Shown here: piece by piece, positions 58,801 to 64,000 of the stretch
Position numbering within the stretch: position 1 is the first letter of the stretch
Layout: every line of letters starts with the position of its first letter
DNA from: an uncultured Treponemataceae bacterium
GTDB taxonomy: Bacteria; Spirochaetota; Spirochaetia; Treponematales; UBA12059
Length of the DNA: 64,000 bases
Assembly: GCA_964482955.1 (NCBI GenBank)
Contig: CAYZZW010000003.1
Coordinates: forward strand, 68,676-132,675
Direction: 5' to 3'
Notes under the pieces: generated by a model
Databases searched by the model: none
The model's input: the letters and a program-made list of their open reading frames with translations, nothing else
What the model was told of the DNA's origin: nothing
Program-made: the position numbers and the translations under genes

Positions 58801-61715
58801 TCGCGATGCGCTTCGTGCCGGGCACGACCTTCCCGCAGGGATGGGAAGACGTCGACGTCGCGACGCTCGACGCGGGATTCTGGCTCGGCGAGACGGAAGT
58901 GACCTGGGAGCTCTGGGATGCCGTGGTCTCGTGGGCTACCGATCCGGCGAGGGGTGAAGCGATGTATCGTTTCGCCCAAACGGGTTGGCAGGGCGGATTC
59001 ACCGGACCCCAATGGATCGTGGATCCGCGCAGCACCGACCAGCATCCCGTGACGCTCGTCGCCTGGCGCAGTTCCATGATTTGGTGCAACGCGCTCACCG
59101 AATGGTACAACGCGACGAACGGCACTTCGTACACCTGCGCGTATTACGAAGACGCCGATTATAAAAAACCCATACGCACCTGCACGGACGAACGAAACGT
59201 CAATACCATCGAAGGCAAGCAGGACCGGCCCTATGTCAAGGCGGAGCTTCCCGGCAACGTGGATCCCGCCCGCTGCGACGCCACGGGCTTCCGGATGCAG
59301 CGCGCGCTCGAGTGGGAACTGGCGGCCCGCTACCGCGGCGACACGAACGACGATGGAGATATCCGGGATCCGGGAGAGTATTCTCCCTATAACTGGGCAA
59401 GCGGCGCCAAAGGGGACTTCAACGACATGGCCGCGACCGCGGAGGTGGCGAACGTCGATAAAGTCCTGACCGAACGCGTCGGAACGAGGAAGGCAAATGC
59501 CCTCGGCATCCACGACATGAGCGGAAACGTGTCGGAATGGTGTTTTGACGGTGAACCGACCGAAGGCAATCCCGTCCGCACCCGCGTCGGCTCCTCCTGG
59601 TCGTGGGGCCCGGGAATACACAACGGTTGCGCCGTGGTCGAACGCTGGATGCTGTATGGCACGAATACGGGCACCGGCTTGCGCGTAGCGCGGTCGTGGT
59701 TCCCCGAGGCAACCGCGGCGCGGACCGCTACGCAAAAAGAAGCGTACTGGCGCTCCGCTCTCGAAAAGTTGGCGCTTTCGCCCCGCGGCTGGAAGGCGGC
59801 CGACCAGGTCGCCGATCTCCAATCGGACCGCGGCCTCGTCTCCGGCCAGGCGACGGGCGGAAAGCCGATCCTCTTCCGTGACGATCTCCGTCTCTTCGGA
59901 GAAGCCGGCCAGGCGATTCCGATCCGCGTTTCCGCGGCCTCCGGTTCCGCGCTTCGCCTGTACTGGATCACGGACGACGACGGCGCGTGGTCCGAGAAAA
60001 AATCATTGCGCGTTCCGATCAAAGCCGACGGCACAGTCCACGACTACGTCCTGCAAGTCGGGACGAACGCGGCGTGGGCTGGCAAGATCGTCACCGCCCT
60101 CAGGCTCGTTCCGGCGGAAGGCGGGAAGGGCGGCGCGTTCTCCGTCGACTTCGGCGGCGGCGCCGCGTGCTACGAAGAGAGCCGCGCGAACCCCGAATTC
60201 GCCAAGGCGATCGAACTGCTCTCCGCCCATCCGGAAGTCTGGAGCGCGTGGAACCAGGTGGAAGGGCTCGCGGTTTCGAAGGGCATAATCAAGGGTAAGG
60301 CTACGGGGGGCGATCCTTTCATCGGCATCAATCGGACGCGCCTTGTCGGCACCACGACACAGAAGATCCTCATCCGCATCAAGGCCGTTTCGGGTGATCG
60401 AACCGCCATATTCTGGACCACGACCGACGATACGAACTGGGGCGGCGACAAGTGCGTGAGCGTGCCGCTCGTCCCCGACGGCGCTTTCCACGACTACGTG
60501 TTCGACGTCGGCGCGAATCCGGCTTGGGCAGGCTGGGTGATTAACAGGCTCCGCATAGATCCGACCGCGGGCGGTCCGGGCGGGCCTTTCGAGATCGAGT
60601 CGATCAAAGGCGTGTACGTATCGAAAGAAGAACGGGCGGCCGCGGAGCGCGCCGCGAATCCGCAGCTCGGGAAATCCTTCGAGCGCATCGTGGCTGATCT
60701 TGCCGCCGAGCGTGGGATGAAACCGGGTTTCCGGACGGATTTCAAGGACGCCGCGTTCAAGACCTTCGACCTCTGGGAAGAACCTGAAATCGCCGTAAAA
60801 GACGGCTTTCTTCAGTTCACGAAAGGGAAGACGCAAAATCCCGTGCTCGCGCGGTACCAAGCGATGAAAGCGGGAAGGATGATCGCGCTGCGGTTTTCGA
60901 TGCTGAAAGGAGCGCGCTTCTGCTTCATGCTCGAACGTGGCGAATGGCCGACCCCGGCGTATCAAAAGTCGATCCTGTGCGGCGGATCGGAAAGCGGATG
61001 GGGGTTGGATGAAGGCGGGGTTGACGCGACAAAGGCCCTCGCGTGGGATGCAAGCGGCTACACGGTCAAGCAGGGACCCGAATACCTGGCCGTATGGACC
61101 GCGACGCCCGACGGGAAGATCGGTCTCGCCGTGTACGATGGTACCGGGCGCGAGTGGCGCGCCGTATCATGTGCGGACGGCTCGGGCGCTCCGTGGATGC
61201 TGACCATCCGGATCGGTCAAGGTTCTATCAAGCTCATCGACTACGCGGAATACGAAACAGTCCAGCTGGCGAGCGACTTTCCGAAAATCATGGACGGCAT
61301 CTCCGCGAACCCGGCCGGGTGGAACCCGATCAACCACCTGAAGGATTTGAAAGCCGCGGGCACGATTTTGAAGGGTGTGGCGACGGGGGACGATCCGTAC
61401 ATGGAGCGCTACGACCTGTGCTTCGAGGGGGACATAAGTCACAAGATAGTCGTTCGGCTCAAAGCTGTTTCAGGTGACGACACCGAATTTCTGTGGATCA
61501 CCGCGGAGGAACCGAATTGGGGCGGGAACAAAGGACTCGGTGTTTCACTCATCCCGGACGGGCAGTTTCACGACTACGTGTTCGACGTGGGCAGCCGGAA
61601 AGAATGGGCCGGCAAGCGGATCACGGGACTCAGGCTCGATCCGACCGCGGGCGGACCGGGCGGGTCCTTCGAGCTCGAATCGATCAAGGGCGTGTACGAA
61701 ACGCAGAATCGCTGA
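55884..61715 (+). CDS. Giant exported protein 2: paralogue of protein 1 with an extra FGE-sulfatase domain and three copies of the ~140-aa module
   Basis: 1943-aa ORF starting 3 nt after the previous stop, with AGGAAGG upstream. The signal is MNKSSRVTLMLALLCAAMVTAQA. It is collinear with protein 1 over aa 1-930. An inserted FGE-sulfatase domain covers roughly nt 58776-59702 (FWLGETEVTWELWDAV, FRMQRALEWELAARY, IHDMSGNVSEWCFDG). The modules are B1 59742-60158, B2 60195-60617 and B3 61275-61697. Confidence 0.85.
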   Translation: MNKSSRVTLMLALLCAAMVTAQAPSPDGYRHCIVFKENAFIDDFCARPGDLVSISVDFPPWGSVPFRYEGQESIRISGKGNEIFIDGKPWCLLIESEADFAKADSRYAALWFTKGELLKPEYFKKIPGSLANRIIRVSKTTTEQWKAIAESGALDAVTILDISGCPIQGHWFLPTLKRMPNLVYLDASNTNINDGGALASLQEYAGTPKLETLLLHGVIVWEADLVNGISKLTMLRSLAFVNYWEGFPKPEVISALCKLEKLENLELGPVAFLSDDNLKTICERLVNLRKLRIYSKKATSAAVIDSISKRTDLVELQLGLSTNGLSEDAVVSLSKLQNLKKLNLNTDYWPNWNEPFKPLLTERSWIDGLGKLASLESLTAYGARITEKAAREGLGRLSNLTYLDLCGNELDDAGAKAAFPTLGKLRHLNLYRSPKLGDDGVVAVCAGAPQLETLLVTSSGLSDRGIKEGIAKLSKLRVTKLSINKITADGLIALCSAIPGITTLDIGGQNIEDRGFVEGLPKLKNLEVLNAWQSLITDRYFLEHPEMATKFRVLDFHDHAMMTDRFAKEVLPTMTNLHSLNVDKNPVSEEAVVSVLPRLPRLDTLDGEPVFERQKRYVERIGIKKRVGSGIYTFDVATNVYGGVRLGMTLQEVASIYGSMPTRVAKPSEWEAKTFESVWENFNLRFGVKRNRVVRIAGQWWDPRYTTKTGVRPGTILAAAKTADRAPDEVRDDALVYRNGIVSFTIGAYALVGSDRYVTDFSADADIDALEASGLPKLAPFDDVLNTALKGDAFTLRTGDKPSIGGIRPGMKYDGVVWNVYAGQAPLEGSPGVKAAAGEKSYHYGNVSFGAKNGLVTWVSGNAWDERFKVSKPRMRVGDPADELLRKAGPAARKAKTDDGLDDLAWETPDAVVHVFIDRYGTIAGFRLDAQTTAKIPRHPFWNDPTDYGKGVSAWGSLKPGDVAEFTAGGVSFAMRFVPGTTFPQGWEDVDVATLDAGFWLGETEVTWELWDAVVSWATDPARGEAMYRFAQTGWQGGFTGPQWIVDPRSTDQHPVTLVAWRSSMIWCNALTEWYNATNGTSYTCAYYEDADYKKPIRTCTDERNVNTIEGKQDRPYVKAELPGNVDPARCDATGFRMQRALEWELAARYRGDTNDDGDIRDPGEYSPYNWASGAKGDFNDMAATAEVANVDKVLTERVGTRKANALGIHDMSGNVSEWCFDGEPTEGNPVRTRVGSSWSWGPGIHNGCAVVERWMLYGTNTGTGLRVARSWFPEATAARTATQKEAYWRSALEKLALSPRGWKAADQVADLQSDRGLVSGQATGGKPILFRDDLRLFGEAGQAIPIRVSAASGSALRLYWITDDDGAWSEKKSLRVPIKADGTVHDYVLQVGTNAAWAGKIVTALRLVPAEGGKGGAFSVDFGGGAACYEESRANPEFAKAIELLSAHPEVWSAWNQVEGLAVSKGIIKGKATGGDPFIGINRTRLVGTTTQKILIRIKAVSGDRTAIFWTTTDDTNWGGDKCVSVPLVPDGAFHDYVFDVGANPAWAGWVINRLRIDPTAGGPGGPFEIESIKGVYVSKEERAAAERAANPQLGKSFERIVADLAAERGMKPGFRTDFKDAAFKTFDLWEEPEIAVKDGFLQFTKGKTQNPVLARYQAMKAGRMIALRFSMLKGARFCFMLERGEWPTPAYQKSILCGGSESGWGLDEGGVDATKALAWDASGYTVKQGPEYLAVWTATPDGKIGLAVYDGTGREWRAVSCADGSGAPWMLTIRIGQGSIKLIDYAEYETVQLASDFPKIMDGISANPAGWNPINHLKDLKAAGTILKGVATGDDPYMERYDLCFEGDISHKIVVRLKAVSGDDTEFLWITAEEPNWGGNKGLGVSLIPDGQFHDYVFDVGSRKEWAGKRITGLRLDPTAGGPGGSFELESIKGVYETQNR

Positions 61716-61724
61716 GGAGAAAAC

Positions 61725-62318
61725 ATGGATATTGCCGACGGCAAGCACCGCATGAGCGACGAGGATATGCGTCGTTTGATAGATCTAAGCGTATCGCCGT
61801 ATCTGCAGCTGGCGTACCGGCTCGTGGACGTGCCGCGGAAATACCACGGCAACATGTTCCGTCACCAGGGAGCCACCTTCTTCATCCTCATCGACTACGG
61901 CTACACGGACCACGTCCTGCTCAAGGCTTCGATCATCCACGACATCCTCGAGGACACGCCTACGAAACCGGAAGAGATCGAACGGCTCGACGACGGGGCC
62001 GCGGTGCTGGCGCTCGTGCGCGAAGTGACGAAGGCGGAGGATGAAACGAAGGACGAGTTCCTCGGACGCATCGTGGCCGCGGGATCCGAACGGGCGCGCG
62101 TCCTCAAGTGCGCGGACCGGATTTCCAACATGACGGACATCGGCTTTTCGTGCGAGTACGAGGAGCTCATGAAAACCGTCAGGGAGACGGAGCGGCACAT
62201 CCTGCCGATGGCGCGCTCGATCAATCCGTGGATGGCGAAGGAGCTCGAGGATCTCGTCGCGTCGCGTACGGCGATAGCCGCGCGAATGCTCGAAAACGGA
62301 AAAGGAAGAAGATTCTAA
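61725..62318 (+). CDS. HD-domain hydrolase resembling the SpoT/RelA (p)ppGpp-hydrolase domain (small-alarmone-hydrolase-like)
   Basis: 197-aa ORF starting 9 nt after the giant gene, preceded by GAGGAG. Motifs are FRHQGATFFIL, ASIIHDILEDTPTKPEEI, VLALVREVTK and ARVLKCADRISNM, in the same order as the SpoT hydrolase HD motifs. There is no signal peptide. Confidence 0.75.
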   Translation: MDIADGKHRMSDEDMRRLIDLSVSPYLQLAYRLVDVPRKYHGNMFRHQGATFFILIDYGYTDHVLLKASIIHDILEDTPTKPEEIERLDDGAAVLALVREVTKAEDETKDEFLGRIVAAGSERARVLKCADRISNMTDIGFSCEYEELMKTVRETERHILPMARSINPWMAKELEDLVASRTAIAARMLENGKGRRF

Positions 62319-62362
62319 AAGGCCGGACCGCTTGGTCTCGTTCGATGCTTGCGCGACCTGCT

Positions 62363-62908
62363 TCACGCCCGCAGCATGCCCCTGAAGCCGCGTACCGCAT
62401 AGTAGGAGTCCGCGCCGTTGTGGTAGACGAACACGCGGCCGTAGCGGCGGTCGCCGAAGATGGCGCCGCCGAGCTTCCGCACTCCGGGCGGCGTCTCGAG
62501 CCAGCTCGAGGTCTTCAAGTCGAACTCGCCGAGTTCCTGGAGCGCGCGGTACCGCTCCTCGGTGAGGAGCTCGATTCCCAGCTCCTTGGCCAGGCTGGCG
62601 GCGTCGCCCGCGGGCTGATGCTCCTTACGCGACTCCAGCCCCGCGCGGTCGTAGCACAGGCTCCGCCTGCCGGCCGGGCTTTCAGCCGCGCAGTCGACGA
62701 ACAGGCATTCGCCGGTTTTCCCGTCGATTCCGATCACGTCGGGCTCCCCGCCCGTGCGCTCCATGCCGTCGACCGCGTCGAGCTTTTTCGGATTCGCGTC
62801 GAGCCGGGCGCGGACCGTCTCCCACGCGACGCCCTCGTGGCGTTCCGCGTTCGCCTCGAAGCGGAACCGCAGGATTTCGGTCAATTCTTTCCGTCGTTTC
62901 GCGTCCAT
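62363..62908 (-). CDS. DUF4256-family protein
   Basis: Track ORF trimmed to Met13 (ATG at 62908). Recognisable family strings are MERTGGEPDVIGID, RRSLCYD, KTSSWLETP and VFVYHNGADSYYAVRGFRG. Confidence 0.75.
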   Translation of the reverse strand: MDAKRRKELTEILRFRFEANAERHEGVAWETVRARLDANPKKLDAVDGMERTGGEPDVIGIDGKTGECLFVDCAAESPAGRRSLCYDRAGLESRKEHQPAGDAASLAKELGIELLTEERYRALQELGEFDLKTSSWLETPPGVRKLGGAIFGDRRYGRVFVYHNGADSYYAVRGFRGMLRA

Positions 62909-62940
62909 GCGTTTCCCCCTCCCGTTCGGGCGGCTTGACC

Positions 62941-63426
62941 TCAACCGACCTCGTAGGCGCGGCGCAGCGCGGCCACGTCGAACTTTTTCATGGCCATGAA
63001 CGCCTCGGTGACCGCGCGGCGCTGACCGGTCGTCCCGGTTTGCAGCATCTCACCGAGTCCGGACGGCACGATCTGCCACGACACGCCGTACTTGTCGCGC
63101 AGCCAGCCGCATTGCTCCGCCTCGGGATACGCGGACAGCCGCTCCCAGAACCGGTCGATCTCTTCCTGGTCGTCGCATTCGACCATGAACGACACCGACG
63201 GATTGAACCGGAACTCGGGACCGGCGTTGATGGCGATGAACCTGGACCCGCGTATCTCGAACTCGATGGTGAGGATGTCGCCTTCCTCGTGGCCCGTGAT
63301 CTCCTCGCCGACGTCGGTATAGCGGTCGACGGCGAGGATCCGACCGTCCTCGAACACCGACAGATAGAAGTCGACGGCTTCCTTCGCGTTGCCGTCGAAC
63401 CAGAGGTTCGGCGTGATTCCTCTCAT
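62941..63426 (-). CDS. VOC-superfamily protein (PhnB / 3-demethylubiquinone-9 3-methyltransferase-domain type)
   Basis: 161-aa ORF, MRGITPNLWFDGNAKEAVDFYLSVF ... CGWLRDKYGVSWQIVP ... MKKFDVAALRRAY, a pattern typical of this family. Confidence 0.8.
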   Translation of the reverse strand: MRGITPNLWFDGNAKEAVDFYLSVFEDGRILAVDRYTDVGEEITGHEEGDILTIEFEIRGSRFIAINAGPEFRFNPSVSFMVECDDQEEIDRFWERLSAYPEAEQCGWLRDKYGVSWQIVPSGLGEMLQTGTTGQRRAVTEAFMAMKKFDVAALRRAYEVG

Positions 63427-63496
63427 GGCGCGCCCCTTCCCGGATCCGTCGTCCGGTTTCCCTCAAGATACCGAAATCCGGGCGGAACGAGCACGT

Positions 63497-64000
63497 TCAC
63501 CACACGCCGGGAATGAGCTTGAAGCGCACCCGTTTCACGTACTCTTCGTAGCCGGGCAGCCCTTCGCGCAGCACCTTTTCCTCGTTCGCGATGCGGAGGG
63601 CGAGCACGAACGGCATGAGGAGGGCGGGCGCGAGCGCCACGAACGATCCGAGCGCCAGGGCCGATCCAGCGTAGATGAAGATGATCGCCGTGTACATGGG
63701 ATGCCGCACGATCGAGTAGAGCCCCGTATCGACCAGGGTTTGACGCTCCTGGATTTCCACGACGCGCGACGCGTAGGCGTTCTGGAGCATCGCGACCAGG
63801 TTGACGACGTAGCCGCCCGTCACGACGGCGAAGCCGACGACGACGAGCCAGGTCGGCACGGCCGTCCAGCCGTAGCGCCGGTCCAACCCGGGCAGCGCGT
63901 AGACGAGGAGAATCGCGATGGAGGACGCGACGACGAACGCCACCTGCGCCTTTTGCGTCTCGCGCGTCTTGAGCCGCTTGCGGAGCAGTTCCCGGTCCGT
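63497..64000 (-). CDS. Isoprenylcysteine carboxyl / phospholipid methyltransferase-family membrane protein; the 5' end lies beyond the right edge
   Basis: The C-terminal motif is VRHPMYTAIIFIYAGSALALGS...LRIANEEKVLREGLPGYEEYVKRVRFKLIPGVW. My translation upstream of the track start (GTG at 63943) stays open to position 64000 (...DRELLRKRLKTRETQKAQ), so the real start is probably outside the window. Confidence 0.75.
   Translation of the reverse strand, partial: TDRELLRKRLKTRETQKAQVAFVVASSIAILLVYALPGLDRRYGWTAVPTWLVVVGFAVVTGGYVVNLVAMLQNAYASRVVEIQERQTLVDTGLYSIVRHPMYTAIIFIYAGSALALGSFVALAPALLMPFVLALRIANEEKVLREGLPGYEEYVKRVRFKLIPGVW

Noticed and set aside
48306-59702. Possibility that the FGE-sulfatase (CLec-fold) domains are targets of a diversity-generating retroelement, as in Treponema TvpA
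   Set aside because: I found no reverse transcriptase or Avd-like gene in the window. I also saw no near-identical template repeat of either domain's 3' region, and the two FGE C-terminal coding segments are clearly different from each other. A DGR elsewhere in the genome cannot be excluded.

Overview
Very GC-rich bacterial chromosomal DNA. G+C counted on single 60-nt lines is 47/60 at 44521, dipping to 27/60 at 56641 and 29/60 at 13441. I can support about 46 protein-coding genes, one pseudogene remnant, three intrinsic terminators, two promoter/operator regions and two copies of a short repeat family. I recognised no rRNA, tRNA, CRISPR array, transposase or integrase. The six-frame track is full of long Arg/Ala/Gly/Pro-rich shadow ORFs caused by the GC content; these were rejected. 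Layout: (1) 1-6.1 kb is housekeeping: an exported DUF4139-like protein, a SPOR protein, GNAT, coaE and polA. (2) 6.2-13.1 kb is a seven-gene co-directional membrane/MoxR AAA+ cluster: membrane protein, RDD::SpoIIM-like fusion, DUF4129, DUF4350-like, MoxR, DUF58. (3) 13.1-14.2 kb is a small lower-GC patch with a Nudix gene and a truncated HAD gene. (4) 14.2-28.2 kb is a complete, translationally coupled purine operon, purB-purL-purQ-purC-purE-purF-purD::purM-purN-purH-guaB, with a class-II-type PurE and no purK. (5) 28.3-37.6 kb holds signalling and transport genes: a GGDEF cyclase, a DAACS symporter, a dCache histidine kinase with a NarL-type regulator, and head-to-head with them a cytoplasmic MCP-SBP5-MCP chimera. 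(6) 37.6-41.6 kb is an arsR-controlled arsenic operon with extra Cys-rich redox genes. It is followed by a solitary lipoprotein NrfA and an EamA transporter with a His-rich tail. (7) 44.1-62.3 kb is the best candidate for an undescribed system. It is a divergent locus in which all five large products look exported. One arm encodes a repeat protein, a non-catalytic FGE-sulfatase-fold lipoprotein and a TPR-CHAT protease. The other arm encodes two giant LRR paralogues (1450 and 1943 aa) built from a recurring unassigned ~140-aa module, the larger carrying a second FGE-sulfatase domain, followed by a SpoT-like HD hydrolase. (8) 62.4-64 kb is ordinary accessory genes: DUF4256, a VOC/PhnB-like protein and an ICMT-like methyltransferase running off the right edge. 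Taxonomic origin cannot be settled from the sequence. All family assignments come from reading motifs by eye; no database search was run.
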